From the NCBI GenBank assembly GCA_037200865.1, contig JBBCIC010000009.1, forward strand, positions 153,365 to 217,364: a DNA stretch of 64,000 nt, given 5' to 3'. Positions 28,220 to 39,195 of this stretch are shown here, piece by piece (within the stretch, counting starts at the first letter, position 1; each line of letters starts with the position of its first letter). The position numbers and the translations under genes were made by a program. Below the pieces are notes generated by a model. The model was not told where the DNA came from, made no database searches, and saw only the letters and a program-made list of their open reading frames with translations. Source of the stretch: Rhizomicrobium sp. (GTDB lineage Bacteria; Pseudomonadota; Alphaproteobacteria; Micropepsales; Micropepsaceae).

Positions 28220-30753
28220 CACGGCGCCTCGCGCGACGGCGCCGCGCCGGTGCGCCGGCGCATCGAGTGCTGGAAATACGCGTCGGTGATGGCGTTCGTG
28301 ACATGTGTCATCGCGCGCTCGACGCGGCCGGTGAACTTGGCGAGTGCCGCCCGCCGCCCAGTCTCGTCCGCCTGGGCCAGGATAAGCGAATTGGCGCCGG
28401 TGACCGCGAGGCGGATGTCGCCGGCGATGTTGATCGCGCTGTCGTGCCGCTGGGCCGGCGTGATGCGCGGCAATTCGCGCAGGTTGCGCTCGATCGCGAC
28501 CAGCTGGAACGCCAGGCTGCGCGGATTGCTGTCGTCGAGCAGCAAGAGGTCGATCAGCGGCGGCGTGTCGAACAGGTTCAGATAGCGCGAGCGATAGGTC
28601 ATCGCGCTGTCGGCGATCTCCAGCGCAGCGCGCATGCGCTGGGTTTCGGCGTCGGACGCCTCGCCCGCCGCCTGCGCCACCAGCCAGCTCAGATCGGCGG
28701 CGCGCTCGATGCGCCGGCCGAGGTCGACGAACAGCCAGTTCGGGCCGCGCGTCATGTTCTCGGCGCAGAGGCCCGAGAATGCCGCGGCCCGCCGCACAAG
28801 CTGGTCGAGATAGGTCTGCGCCGCGGGCGGATCGAAGGCCTTTTCGGCGCGCTCCTCCTCGCTTTCGGTCAGGATGCGGATGGTGCGCCAGGTGTCGAGC
28901 GACAGCCGGTCGCGCGCCGACCAGGCGGTCTGCCGCACGCGCGCCAGCAGGCGCGGCAGGCCCGCCGGCAGGGCGCGGTCGTAGAGCAGCGCGCGCAGCT
29001 CGGCGACCAGCTTGGCGTCGTCGCCGGCGGCGGCGCTGGTGATGGCGCCGCTGTTCGCTTGCGCCGCGCGGAACAGGAAGCGTTCGGCAATGTCGGCGAC
29101 GACCGCGGCGTCCTCGCCCAGCCGCGCCGTCACCGTGCGCAGGACGCGGACTGTGCGCTCGGCACGCTCGGTGTAGCGGCCGAGCCAGAACAGGTTGTCC
29201 ATCGCCCGGCTCGGCGGCGCCTCGCCGGTGCGGCGGATCTCCACCGCGCTGGCGGTGCCCTTGAGCAGGCTGAACGTGTCGGCCGCCGCCTGCCCACACA
29301 CCCAGACGTCCTTGCTCGTTGCGCCGGACTGTATAGAGAGCGAGCGGGCATGATCGTCCTGCGCCACGCGCACCAGCCCGCCCGGCATCGCGACATAACC
29401 TTGCGGCGTCCAGGCGGCGAAGACGCGCAGGTTCACCGGCCGCGTGCCGAATTTTCCGTCTTCGTAGACCGGCGCAAGGCCGAGCGGCACCGCGTCCTGC
29501 GTCACCACGGTGGCGCCGCGGCGCGCGATGCGGTCCTTGAGCGTGATGATGTCGCTCAGCGACAGTTCGGCACCCAGCCGGGCGCTCGACTGGCGCGAGA
29601 ACAGCGGCCGGGCGTCGAAGGCGTCGCGCACCACGACGCGTTCGAGGCGCGCCAGCGCCTCCTTGCGTCCCCATTCGGTGCCGCACCACACCGTCGGTAT
29701 GTCGGGAATCTTGAGCTCTTCGCCGAGCAGCACGCGCGCCAGCCCGGGCAGATAGGCGTCCATCGCCGGCGATTCCATCACGCCGCCGCCCAGCGCATTG
29801 GCGAGCACGACGCTTCCGGCCCGCACCGCATCGGTCAGACCGGGCACGCCGAGCGCGGAATCGCCGCGGAATTCCAAGGGGTCGCAATAGTCGGAATCGA
29901 TGCGCCGGAAGATCACCCCGACGCGCTCCAGCCCCAGCAGCGTCTTCAGGAACACCTGTCCGTCGCGCACCGCCAGGTCGTCGCCCTCGGCCAGCGTGAA
30001 GCCCAGATAGTGCGCGAGATAGGCGTGCTCGAAATAGGCCTCGTTGTGCGGCCCCGGCGTCAGGAGGACGACGCGGCCGCGGCGGCTGCTCGCCAGCGAC
30101 AGGATCTGCTCGCGGCAGGTGTTGAAGAACGAGGCCAGGCGCCGGATGCGCATATCGCCGAACAGGTCCTGGAAGGTCTGGCCGACGACGATGCGATTCT
30201 CCAGCGCATAGCCGATGCCGCTCGGCGCGTCGGCGCGGCTCGCAAGCACCCGCCACGAACCGTCCGGCATGCGCGCGAGATCGGCGGAATACAGATGCAC
30301 ATGCACGCCGCCCGGCGGCGTCACGCCGACCAGCGGGCGGAGGAATTGCGGATGGCCGAGCACCAGATGCGCCGGCAGATGGCCTTGCGCCATCAGCTTC
30401 TGCGGCCCGTAGATGTCCTGCAGGATGAGATTGTTCAGGCGCGCGCGCTGCACCACCGCGGCCTCGATCACGCGCCAGTCCGCCGCGTCGATGACGAACG
30501 GCACGATGTCGAGCTGCCAGAGCCGGGCCTGGCCCTCGGCGTCGTCATAGACGTTGTAGGTGACGCCGTTGTCCCGGATCATCGCCTGCGCCGTCGCGCC
30601 GCGCCGGGCATAATCCTCCGCCGGCATCGCGATCAGCGCGTCGGCGAGGGGCTTCCACGCCGGCCGCACCGCCCCGGCGGCGTCGCGCAATTCGTCATAG
30701 CGCGGCGGGTCCGTCGCCCCGTCGGGCGGGAGCGTGGCGTCGATCTGGCTCAT
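28219..30753 (-). CDS. Circularly permuted type-2 ATP-grasp protein fused to an alpha-E domain
   Basis: [27 protein letters not shown] and SKDVW; alpha-E ER motifs [10 protein letters not shown] and LGRRIER. Confidence 0.92.
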   Translation of the reverse strand: MSQIDATLPPDGATDPPRYDELRDAAGAVRPAWKPLADALIAMPAEDYARRGATAQAMIRDNGVTYNVYDDAEGQARLWQLDIVPFVIDAADWRVIEAAVVQRARLNNLILQDIYGPQKLMAQGHLPAHLVLGHPQFLRPLVGVTPPGGVHVHLYSADLARMPDGSWRVLASRADAPSGIGYALENRIVVGQTFQDLFGDMRIRRLASFFNTCREQILSLASSRRGRVVLLTPGPHNEAYFEHAYLAHYLGFTLAEGDDLAVRDGQVFLKTLLGLERVGVIFRRIDSDYCDPLEFRGDSALGVPGLTDAVRAGSVVLANALGGGVMESPAMDAYLPGLARVLLGEELKIPDIPTVWCGTEWGRKEALARLERVVVRDAFDARPLFSRQSSARLGAELSLSDIITLKDRIARRGATVVTQDAVPLGLAPVYEDGKFGTRPVNLRVFAAWTPQGYVAMPGGLVRVAQDDHARSLSIQSGATSKDVWVCGQAAADTFSLLKGTASAVEIRRTGEAPPSRAMDNLFWLGRYTERAERTVRVLRTVTARLGEDAAVVADIAERFLFRAAQANSGAITSAAAGDDAKLVAELRALLYDRALPAGLPRLLARVRQTAWSARDRLSLDTWRTIRILTESEEERAEKAFDPPAAQTYLDQLVRRAAAFSGLCAENMTRGPNWLFVDLGRRIERAADLSWLVAQAAGEASDAETQRMRAALEIADSAMTYRSRYLNLFDTPPLIDLLLLDDSNPRSLAFQLVAIERNLRELPRITPAQRHDSAINIAGDIRLAVTGANSLILAQADETGRRAALAKFTGRVERAMTHVTNAITDAYFQHSMRRRTGAAPSREAP

Positions 30754-33700
30754 GGCCGGCGCGACGCCCGCCGGAGATCGAGGGTGTGGGGAAAGTCGGG
30801 ATTGATGTCTTCGGGCGGCGGCTCGAAGATGCCGCCGGTAAATCCGAACGGCTCGAAGCGCGCCAGGCGGCGTCCTTCGGCTTCATAGGCGTTGACCGGA
30901 ATCGTCACGTAGTTGCGTCCCCCCGGATGCGCGACGTGATAGGTGCAGCCGCCCAGCGAACGCCTGCGCCAGCCATCCCACACCTCGCAAACGAGCGGCG
31001 CGTGGCTGGGAATCGTCGGATGCAGCGTACTCGTCGGCTGCCAGGCGCGGAAGCGCACGCCGCCCACCGCTTCGTCGAGCGAGACGGGCGTGAGCGGCAC
31101 GGCGCGGCCGTTGACGAGAATCTTGTGCCGTCCGGCGACCAGGCCCTTGACCTTTACTTCCAGCCGCTCGACCGAACTGTCGACGAAGCGCACCGTGCCG
31201 CCGACCGTCCCTTCTTCGCCCATCACGTTCCAGGGTTCCAGCGCCTGGCGCAGCTCCAGGTTCACGCCGCCATACTGGACCTTGCCGGCCAGCGGAAAGC
31301 GGAACGCCCAGTGCGGCCGGAACCATTCCGCGTCGAAGGCGAAGCCGGCGGCGTTTAGGTCGGCGATCACGTCGGCGAGATCGGCCCAAACGAAATGCGG
31401 CAGCATGAAGCTGTCATGCAGCCTCGTGCCCCAGCGCACGAGGCCGGTCTGGTACGGTGCCTCCCAGAACCGGGCCACCAGCGCGCGCAGCAAGAGGCCC
31501 TGCGCCAAGCTCATCTCGGGATGCGGCGGCATCTCGAAGCCGCGGAATTCGACGAGACCCAGCCGCCCGGTCGGTCCGTCCGGCGAATAGAGCTTGTCGA
31601 TGCAGATCTCGGCGCGGTGCGTGTTGCCGGTCACGTCGATCAGAAGATTGCGGAAGACGCGGTCGACCAGCCACGGCGGGAGATAGCCGGCATTGCGCTC
31701 CGGGATCTGCGCGAAGGCGATTTCCATTTCGTAGAGCGTGTCCAGCCGTGCTTCGTCGATGCGCGGCGCCTGGCTGGTCGGCCCGATGAACATGCCGGAG
31801 AAGAGATAGGACAGCGACGGATGGTTCTGCCAATAGCCGATCAGGCTGCGCAGCAGGTCGGGTCGCCTGAGGAACGGGCTGTCGGCCGGCGTCGCCGCGC
31901 CCAGCACGATGTGGTTGCCGCCGCCGGTGCCGGTATGGCGGCCGTCGAGCATGAATTTCTCGGTGCCCAGCCGCGTCTGCCGCGCCTCCTCATAAAGCGC
32001 CTCGGTGATCGCGACCTGCTCGTCCCACGACTTGGCGGGATGGATGTTGACCTCGATCACGCCGGGATCGGGCGTCACCTTGATGACGTTGATGCGCGGA
32101 TCGTAGGGCGGGCCGTAACCTTCGACATGGATCGCCACGTCGAGCTCGGCCGCCGCGTCCTCGACCGCCGACAAGAGGTCGAGATAGTCCGCGGCGCTTT
32201 CGGTCGGCGGCATGAACACGCTGAGGCGGCCGTCGCGCGGCTCGACCGTCATCGCGGTGCGTACGCTGGCGCCTTCGATCGGCGGCTCTTGTTCGATGCG
32301 CGCGCGGCGCTCGACCCAGGCGGCGTCGCGCAGCGCGCCCGCCAGATAGGGCTGCCGGTAGGCGTCGCGCTCGGGCAGGGGCGGCAGCTTCTCGAACGGA
32401 TCGGGCGGCGGCACGAAGGGCCGCGCCGTCGCCGGCAGCCAGGGCAGGGCTTCGAGCGGCAGGCGATATCCCGCCGGTGAGTCGCCGGGAATGAGCTGCA
32501 GCCGTCCGGCGCGCGTCACCCAGCGTTCGGAGCGCCAGCGCCGTTTGTCCGGCGCATTCCAGCGCTGCACCGGCAGCACGAAGCCGGTCGGCTTGCCCAG
32601 TCCCCGCTCGAACACGCGCGCCAGGCGGGCCCGCATCTCCGGATCGTCGAGTTTGGAATTCAGGGGATCGACATTGACCGGCAGCATCCGTTCCTTGCCG
32701 ATGTAGTGCCAGGGATCCTCATAGGCCTCCATCGCATGGTCGGGATTGATGTCGAGGCGCCGTGCGATGCCGGTGACGAGGTTGCGCGCGTCGCCCGCCG
32801 TCGGCTTGTAATCGTCGCGCTCGCGCGCGATCCGCCCGGCGTCGCGCCACAAGGGCACGCCATCGCCGCGCCAGTATAGAGCGAAGGCCCAGCGCGGCAG
32901 GCTCTCGCCCGGATACCACTTGCCCTGACCGTAATGCAGGAAGCCGCCCGGCGCGAAGCGGTCGCGCAATCGGCGGATCAGCGTGTCGGCCAGCCCGCGC
33001 TTGTTGGGCCCGACCGCCGCCGTGGTCCATTCCGCCCCGTCCATGTCGTCGATCGAGACGAAGGTCGGCTCGCCGCCCATGGTCAGGCGCACGTCGCCGT
33101 TCTTCAGCAGCGAATCGACGCGGTCGCCCAGCGCGTCGATCGCCCGCCATTGCTCGTCGCTATAGGGCTTGGTCACGCGCGGCGGCTCGACCACGCGCCG
33201 GATCGACATCTCGAACTCGAAGCTGACTTCGCACTCTTCCAGCGCGCCGCTGATCGGCGCGGCATGGGTCGGGTTGGCGGCGCAGGCCAGCGGGATATGT
33301 CCCTCGCCGGCGAACAGGCCGGAGGTCGGATCGAGCCCGACCCAGCCCGCGCCCGGCAGGTAGACCTCGCACCAGGCGTGCAGGTCGGTGAAATCCTGCT
33401 CGGCGCCGGACGGCCCGTCGAGCGACTTCTGGTCCGGCTTCAGCTGGATGAGATAGCCGGAGGCGAAACGCGCCGCGAGCCCCAGATGCCGCAGCAACTG
33501 CACCAGCAGCCAGGCGGAGTCGCGGCACGAGCCGGCGCGCGTCTCCAGCGTCTGGTCCGGCGTCTGGATGCCGGGCTCCATGCGGATCAGGTAATTGATG
33601 TCGCGCTGAAGCAGCGCATTCAGGTCGAACAGGAATCCCGTCGTCGGCTTCTCGATGCGCGGGATCGCGGCGAGATAGGCGGCGAAGCGCGGCCCGACTT

Positions 33701-34064
33701 TCGCCGTCTGGAAGAACGGCTTGAGGTCCTCCAGCACTTCCGGCGCATAGGCGAAGGGAAAGACCTCGGCTTCCGGCTCCAGGAAGAAGTCGAACGGATT
33801 GATGACGTTCATCTCCGCCGTCAGGTCGACCGTCACCGTCAGGTGCTCGGTCTTCTCCGGCACGACGATGCGCGCCAGCCAGTTGGACTGCGGATCCTGT
33901 TGCCAGTTCAGGAAATGCTGCTCGGGGCCGATCTTCAGGCTGTAGGCCAGGATGGGCGTGCGGCAATGCGGGGCGGGGCGCAGGCGGACAAGCTGCGGGC
34001 CGAGGGTGATCGGCTTGTCGTAGCGGTAGCGGGTGGAATGGTGGAGGGCGACCTGGATGCTCAT
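30750..34064 (-). CDS. Transglutaminase fused to a DUF2126-type putative amidoligase
   Basis: [40 protein letters not shown] and GNTHRAE motifs. Confidence 0.92.
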   Translation of the reverse strand: MSIQVALHHSTRYRYDKPITLGPQLVRLRPAPHCRTPILAYSLKIGPEQHFLNWQQDPQSNWLARIVVPEKTEHLTVTVDLTAEMNVINPFDFFLEPEAEVFPFAYAPEVLEDLKPFFQTAKVGPRFAAYLAAIPRIEKPTTGFLFDLNALLQRDINYLIRMEPGIQTPDQTLETRAGSCRDSAWLLVQLLRHLGLAARFASGYLIQLKPDQKSLDGPSGAEQDFTDLHAWCEVYLPGAGWVGLDPTSGLFAGEGHIPLACAANPTHAAPISGALEECEVSFEFEMSIRRVVEPPRVTKPYSDEQWRAIDALGDRVDSLLKNGDVRLTMGGEPTFVSIDDMDGAEWTTAAVGPNKRGLADTLIRRLRDRFAPGGFLHYGQGKWYPGESLPRWAFALYWRGDGVPLWRDAGRIARERDDYKPTAGDARNLVTGIARRLDINPDHAMEAYEDPWHYIGKERMLPVNVDPLNSKLDDPEMRARLARVFERGLGKPTGFVLPVQRWNAPDKRRWRSERWVTRAGRLQLIPGDSPAGYRLPLEALPWLPATARPFVPPPDPFEKLPPLPERDAYRQPYLAGALRDAAWVERRARIEQEPPIEGASVRTAMTVEPRDGRLSVFMPPTESAADYLDLLSAVEDAAAELDVAIHVEGYGPPYDPRINVIKVTPDPGVIEVNIHPAKSWDEQVAITEALYEEARQTRLGTEKFMLDGRHTGTGGGNHIVLGAATPADSPFLRRPDLLRSLIGYWQNHPSLSYLFSGMFIGPTSQAPRIDEARLDTLYEMEIAFAQIPERNAGYLPPWLVDRVFRNLLIDVTGNTHRAEICIDKLYSPDGPTGRLGLVEFRGFEMPPHPEMSLAQGLLLRALVARFWEAPYQTGLVRWGTRLHDSFMLPHFVWADLADVIADLNAAGFAFDAEWFRPHWAFRFPLAGKVQYGGVNLELRQALEPWNVMGEEGTVGGTVRFVDSSVERLEVKVKGLVAGRHKILVNGRAVPLTPVSLDEAVGGVRFRAWQPTSTLHPTIPSHAPLVCEVWDGWRRRSLGGCTYHVAHPGGRNYVTIPVNAYEAEGRRLARFEPFGFTGGIFEPPPEDINPDFPHTLDLRRASRRP

Positions 34065-34192
34065 GCCGGCACTCTGCCGCAACTGCGAAATAGCCGCCAC
34101 CCGTCCTTGACGGGCGCGTCAACAGGCGCCGGAACCGGTCCCGAAGCCTTGGCGTTCCTAGGGGCCTCCAACCGCGTGTTTCCGGGAAAGCC

Positions 34193-35296
34193 ATGAAGGT
34201 CTTTAGCTGTCAGGCCTGCGGCCAGGTCCTCTATTTCGAGAATATCCGCTGCGAAAAATGCGGCCATATCCTGGGCTATCTGCCTGACCGGACTACGATA
34301 ACCGCCCTGGAGCCGCTCGACGGCGACGGCTGGCTGGCGTTCGGCACCAAGACCCGGCGCTACCGCTTCTGCAAGAACCAGCAATTCGGCGTCTGCAACT
34401 GGCTGGTGCCGGCGCGGAGCCGGGAGGAATATTGCACCGCCTGTCGCCACAACCACATCATCCCCGATCTCGTGGAGGGCGAGAACCAAGCCCTCTGGGC
34501 GCGAATCGAGGCGGCGAAGCACCGCCTGTTCTACGCCCTGCTGCGCCTGGAGCTGCCGCTGGCCAATCGCGGCGACGATCCGGCGCACGGCCTCGCCTTC
34601 GATTTTCTCAGCGAGCCGCCGCAAACCCACGGCCAGAACGTGATGACCGGCCACGACAGCGGCCTCATCACGCTCGCGGTCCGCGAAGCCGACGATGCCG
34701 AGCGCGAACGCGTGCGCACCGCGATGGGCGAGCCCTATCGCACCCTGCTCGGACATTTCCGCCACGAAGTCGGCCATTATTTCTGGGACGTGCTGGTGCG
34801 CGACGCGGGCAGCGTGGAGTCCTTCCGCGCCCTGTTCGGCGACGAGCGGCAGGACTATGCCGCGGCGCTGCAATGCCACTATTCCAACGGCCCGCCGCCG
34901 AACTGGCAGGAGAATTTCGTCAGCGCCTACGCGAGTTCCCATCCCTGGGAGGATTTCGCCGAGACCTGGGCGCACTATCTGCACATCATCGACACGCTGG
35001 AGACCGGCGCGTCGTTCGGCCTGCGCATACGCGTGAAGCCGGGTTGGGCAACCAAGCTGTCGGCCACGCTGGCGATGGATGCCTATGGCGCCGCCGACTT
35101 CGGCGACCTGATCGACGCCTGGCTGCCGCTGACCTTCGCCGTCAACAGCCTCAACCGCAGCATGGGCCTTTCCGACATCTACCCCTTCATCCTGTCGCCG
35201 GCCGCGATAGCGAAGCTGGGCTATGTCCACGACCTGATGGGACGTTCGCGCCGGGACAGCCGGATTGCCGTACCGGCAGAATTGCATGCGGGATAG
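34193..35296 (+). CDS. Zinc-ribbon plus putative zinc metallopeptidase
   Basis: Multiple CxxC at the N-terminus; EPYRTLLGHFRHEVGH (HExxH) and HPWEDFAETWAH. Confidence 0.9.
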   Translation: MKVFSCQACGQVLYFENIRCEKCGHILGYLPDRTTITALEPLDGDGWLAFGTKTRRYRFCKNQQFGVCNWLVPARSREEYCTACRHNHIIPDLVEGENQALWARIEAAKHRLFYALLRLELPLANRGDDPAHGLAFDFLSEPPQTHGQNVMTGHDSGLITLAVREADDAERERVRTAMGEPYRTLLGHFRHEVGHYFWDVLVRDAGSVESFRALFGDERQDYAAALQCHYSNGPPPNWQENFVSAYASSHPWEDFAETWAHYLHIIDTLETGASFGLRIRVKPGWATKLSATLAMDAYGAADFGDLIDAWLPLTFAVNSLNRSMGLSDIYPFILSPAAIAKLGYVHDLMGRSRRDSRIAVPAELHAG

Positions 35297-35362
35297 ACGC
35301 GCCTCCCCACGGCGATACACTCCGGTTCTCGTCCGTCGCACCGATAGAAAGCGAGCCGCGCA

Positions 35363-36802
35363 CTGTCCGCCGCAAACGTAGTTCCGGTCCCGCCCTCCGC
35401 GGCGGTCAAGCGGCTGCTGCCCTGGCTGGTGGCGGTCGCCTTCTTCATGGAATCGCTCGACACGACCATCCTCAACACCGCCGTGCCCGCCATTTCCAAG
35501 GCCTTGATGGTGTCGCCGCTCAGCATGAAATCGGTTCTGGCCAGCTATACGTTGAGCCTCGCCGTCTTCATTCCGATCAGCGGCTGGATGGCCGACCGCT
35601 TCGGGACCCGGCGGGTCTTCACCTCCGCGATCGCGGTTTTCACCCTCGGCTCGCTGCTTTGCGGGCTGTCGAGCGACATCGACCTGCTCGTCGCCTGCCG
35701 CATCCTGCAAGGCTGCGGCGGCGCGATGATGGTGCCGGTCGGCCGGCTCACCCTGGTGCGGACCTTTCCGAAATCCGAACTGGTGCGTGCCATGAGCTTC
35801 GTCGCCATTCCGGGCCTGATCGGCCCGATGCTCGGCCCGCTCGCCGGCGGCCTCGTCGTCGACTATTTCCACTGGCGCGCGATCTTCTTCATCAACATCC
35901 CGGTCGGGATCATCGGCCTGGTGCTGGTCTATCTGCATCTGCCCGATTACCGCGAAGCCGACACCAAGCCGCTCGACGTCATCGGCCTCATCCTGTTCGG
36001 CTCCGGTATCGCGCTCCTGTCCTATGTGCTCGAGATTTTCGGCGAGCACACGCTGACCACGATCGAAATCCTCGGCCTTCTGGCGCTCTCCCTGGCCTTG
36101 ATCTTCGGCTATGGCCTGCATGCGCGGCGGACGGCCTATCCGTTGCTGCAACTGGGCCTCTTCCGGGTCCGGACCTTCGCAGCGGCGGTGAGCGGAAGCT
36201 TCGTGACCCGCCTGGGCATCGGCGGCGTGCCGTTTCTCCTGCCGCTGCTCTACCAGGTCGGGCTCGGCCTGACGCCGCTCCAATCGGGCCTTCTCATCAT
36301 GCCGCAGGCGATGGCGGCGATGAGCACGAAGATCTTCATGCCGGCGGTCCTGAGGCGCATCGGCTATCGCGGCGTGCTGGTCTCGAACACGATCGCCCTG
36401 GGCGTCCTGCTGATGCTGTTCGCGACCATCGGCCCCGGCACGCCGATCTGGCTGATCGTCTTGCAGGCCTTCTGCTACGGCGCGCTGACCTCGACGCAAT
36501 ATACGAGCATGAACACCCTGGTCTATGCCGACGTCCCGCCGCACGCCGCGAGCAATGCGAGCTCCATCGCCAGCACGATGCAGCAATTGTCGCTGAGCTT
36601 CGGCGTCGCGGTCGCCGGCCTGACGACTGTGTTCTTCGTCCCGGCCAGCCTGCGTGCCAATCCCACCGAACTGATCGGGGGATTGCACGAAGCCTTTCTC
36701 CTGCTGGGCGGCTTCACGATCCTGTCCACGACGGTCTTCAGCCGGCTGAAACGCGACGATGGCGCCGACGAGACGCAGCAGTCCGACATCCACTTGGGAT
36801 GA
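35363..36802 (+). CDS. DHA2-family MFS efflux transporter
   Basis: FFMESLDTTI, GWMADRFG and GPMLGP, ~14 TMs. The frame is open to a TAG at 35345, so a CTG start at 35363 is likely; GTG 35429 cuts into TM1. Confidence 0.85.
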   Translation: MSAANVVPVPPSAAVKRLLPWLVAVAFFMESLDTTILNTAVPAISKALMVSPLSMKSVLASYTLSLAVFIPISGWMADRFGTRRVFTSAIAVFTLGSLLCGLSSDIDLLVACRILQGCGGAMMVPVGRLTLVRTFPKSELVRAMSFVAIPGLIGPMLGPLAGGLVVDYFHWRAIFFINIPVGIIGLVLVYLHLPDYREADTKPLDVIGLILFGSGIALLSYVLEIFGEHTLTTIEILGLLALSLALIFGYGLHARRTAYPLLQLGLFRVRTFAAAVSGSFVTRLGIGGVPFLLPLLYQVGLGLTPLQSGLLIMPQAMAAMSTKIFMPAVLRRIGYRGVLVSNTIALGVLLMLFATIGPGTPIWLIVLQAFCYGALTSTQYTSMNTLVYADVPPHAASNASSIASTMQQLSLSFGVAVAGLTTVFFVPASLRANPTELIGGLHEAFLLLGGFTILSTTVFSRLKRDDGADETQQSDIHLG

Positions 36803-36816
36803 CTCGGTGATGCCGT

Positions 36817-37605
36817 CTATGCGCCCGCCAGGGAGTCGGCCGCGATCTTGCGCGCCCGTGGCGATTCGTCGAGCAGCAGATGACCGGCTTCGTCGATCAT
36901 CGCCACGGTCGCGCCGGGGATCGTCTCGCCCCAATGCCGCGCCAGGCCTGGCAGCAGGATGCGGTCCTTGCCGCCCCATAGAATAAGCGTCGGCACGGCG
37001 AGACGCGGCAGCCGCCGGCGCAGCTTGCGGTCCGCCGCCTCCATGTCGGCGAGCACCCGCCCGGTCGAGACGCGCTCGCGCGCCCGCGCGGCGAGGAACG
37101 CGGCATCGGCGTCCTGCGGCCACCAGCGCGCGATGACGGCCGGATCGGCGACCAGCAGCTTGGGCACCTCTTCGGGCGGGATCGCAGGCCAGTTCGGCGG
37201 CGGACACTCCGGCGCCAGTAGTCCAGCCGGCGCCGCCAGAGCCAGCCGGCTGACCTTGTCGCTATGCGTCAGCGCGAACTCCGTCGCCAGCCTTCCGCCG
37301 AGCGACGCGCCCGACAGTCCGAAGCGTTTCAAGCCCAGGGCGTCGAACAGCACGGTATAGTGCACGACGTAATCGGCCATCCCCGTGATGTCGTCATCGT
37401 CGGCGCTTTCCCCGAAGCCGGGATGATAAGGCAGGATGACGCGAAAGCGGTCCAGCCAGTCGCGTGCCCATTCGAAGCCGTGGAATGTGCCGCCGCCGTG
37501 GAAGAAGACCACGGTCGGTCCAGTGCCGGCGCTGTAGACGACGCTGCGCACGCCATCGACCACATATTCGTCGCGCGTGAATCCTTCGGTGCTATAGCCC
37601 GTCAT
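36817..37605 (-). CDS. Alpha/beta hydrolase
   Basis: FHGGG, HPGFGES, GASLG nucleophile, WGGKD and AGH. Confidence 0.88.
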   Translation of the reverse strand: MTGYSTEGFTRDEYVVDGVRSVVYSAGTGPTVVFFHGGGTFHGFEWARDWLDRFRVILPYHPGFGESADDDDITGMADYVVHYTVLFDALGLKRFGLSGASLGGRLATEFALTHSDKVSRLALAAPAGLLAPECPPPNWPAIPPEEVPKLLVADPAVIARWWPQDADAAFLAARARERVSTGRVLADMEAADRKLRRRLPRLAVPTLILWGGKDRILLPGLARHWGETIPGATVAMIDEAGHLLLDESPRARKIAADSLAGA

Positions 37606-37615
37606 CTTGTCCGCC

Positions 37616-38803
37616 TCATACCGGCATCGGCTTGCCGAAGATCAGCTTGCTCAGCGACGTCGAGGTCACCGAATTGTCCACCCGCTCGGCGTTGGTGCGG
37701 AACCCCGTCCGGTCCGCCTCGCGCCGCGCCGGGTCCTTTTCCGACAGCGTGCGCTTGAAATTGGTGGCGAGCGGCGAGGTCACCTCATGGAAGACGCGCT
37801 TGCGCTCCGCGGCATAGAAGTCGAGCACGTCCTCGCTGGCGCGGCCCTCGATGACCGCGGACAGCACGGCGATGAGGCAGTCGGCATCGATCACGCCGGT
37901 GGTCAGCCCCAACCCGCCACACGGGTTGCAGGCATGCGCCGCGTCGCCGGCCAGCAGCGCCCGCCCGACGCGGAAATTCGGCGCGCAGCGCTCCTGCACG
38001 CGATAGGGCGACCAGGCGACGATGCGATAGGGCTCCTTGCCCGGAAAGATCGCGGCGTAATGCTCGGGGATGCGCGCGAAGACGTCGTCCTCGGCCAGGT
38101 CGGCATCCTCGCCATAGGTGACGCGCCACAGATTTTCGCGCCCCAGCCGCGCCACCACCGCCCAGTTGACGGGATCGGCGATCATATTGGCGAGCTCGAA
38201 GCCGTATTTCTCGAAGTCGAACTCGACATTGGTGGCGACGAAGCGGTCGGGCCAGGTGTGCCCGTCGAAGGACAGTCCGAGCAGCGGGCGCACCGCGCTG
38301 CGCGCGCCGTCGGTCCCCACCACCCAATCGGCGCGCAGTTCGCGCGGCCCTTCCGGCGTCGCGATGTTCAGCGTCACGCCGCCCGCGTCCTGCGACAGGC
38401 CGACGACCCGATGGCTCCACAGCACCTGCGCATTGGGCAGGCGCGCGAGATGGTCCGACACCAGCTTGGCCAGGATATGCTGGCCGAAATGCAGGTTGTG
38501 GTCGTACCGGCTCCCCGGCGGCAGCGTGTTGCGCAGGTCGGAGCGGATGATCTCCCCGCGATCGAGAAAGCGCATCGAGAATCCCGTGCTGGGAAGCCCG
38601 ATGGCCTCGGCGTCTTCGAGCAGCCCCAGGCGGTCGACGATCTCCAGCGTCGTCGGAAAATAGATCGCGGCGCGCGGCGATCTGTTGATGCCGGCCTCCG
38701 CCTCCAGCAGCGTCACCCGGATGCCCCGCCGTGCCAGCCCCAGCGCGGTCAGGAACCCGACCGGGCCTGCGCCCACCACGATCACGTCGGCCGACTTCTC
38801 CAT
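37616..38803 (-). CDS. FAD-dependent aromatic monooxygenase (PnpA/HspB-like group A)
   Basis: GAGPVG, DGARS and LAGDAAH..NP.GGLG motifs. Confidence 0.88.
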   Translation of the reverse strand: MEKSADVIVVGAGPVGFLTALGLARRGIRVTLLEAEAGINRSPRAAIYFPTTLEIVDRLGLLEDAEAIGLPSTGFSMRFLDRGEIIRSDLRNTLPPGSRYDHNLHFGQHILAKLVSDHLARLPNAQVLWSHRVVGLSQDAGGVTLNIATPEGPRELRADWVVGTDGARSAVRPLLGLSFDGHTWPDRFVATNVEFDFEKYGFELANMIADPVNWAVVARLGRENLWRVTYGEDADLAEDDVFARIPEHYAAIFPGKEPYRIVAWSPYRVQERCAPNFRVGRALLAGDAAHACNPCGGLGLTTGVIDADCLIAVLSAVIEGRASEDVLDFYAAERKRVFHEVTSPLATNFKRTLSEKDPARREADRTGFRTNAERVDNSVTSTSLSKLIFGKPMPV

Positions 38804-38808
38804 GATGC

Positions 38809-39195
38809 CTAGTTCCTCTTGCGCGTCAGATAGGCGGCGATGGCCTTCAGCTCGGCATCGCTGATCTCGGTCTTGCGCATCGACGGCATGACGCTGATGC
38901 CGTGGCGCACCGTGGCGGTGATGAAGCCGACGTTGAGGTCGCTGCGCTGGTCGAGCCGCGCCGGCACCGCACCCTGATACTTCGCCTCAAGCGCCAGCGT
39001 GCCCGGCCGATCCGGCCCGTCGCCATGGCATTCCCAGCAATAGCGGTGGAACACCTGTTCGCCGCCGCTGCCGGGAACCGGAACGCGCGACCAGCCGGCG
39101 CCGGGAACCGCGCGCTGCGGCGTAAGGGCCACATGCGCCGCCAAAGCGGGCACGCCCAGCAGCACCGCCAGCACCATCGGCAGCGCGCGCCTCAC
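38809..39195 (-). CDS. Cytochrome c subunit of a PCMH-like flavocytochrome (PchC-like)
   Basis: Signal peptide, CWECH, PGT..L and VRHGISVMP; GTGA overlap with the flavoprotein stop. Confidence 0.85.
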   Translation of the reverse strand: MRRALPMVLAVLLGVPALAAHVALTPQRAVPGAGWSRVPVPGSGGEQVFHRYCWECHGDGPDRPGTLALEAKYQGAVPARLDQRSDLNVGFITATVRHGISVMPSMRKTEISDAELKAIAAYLTRKRN

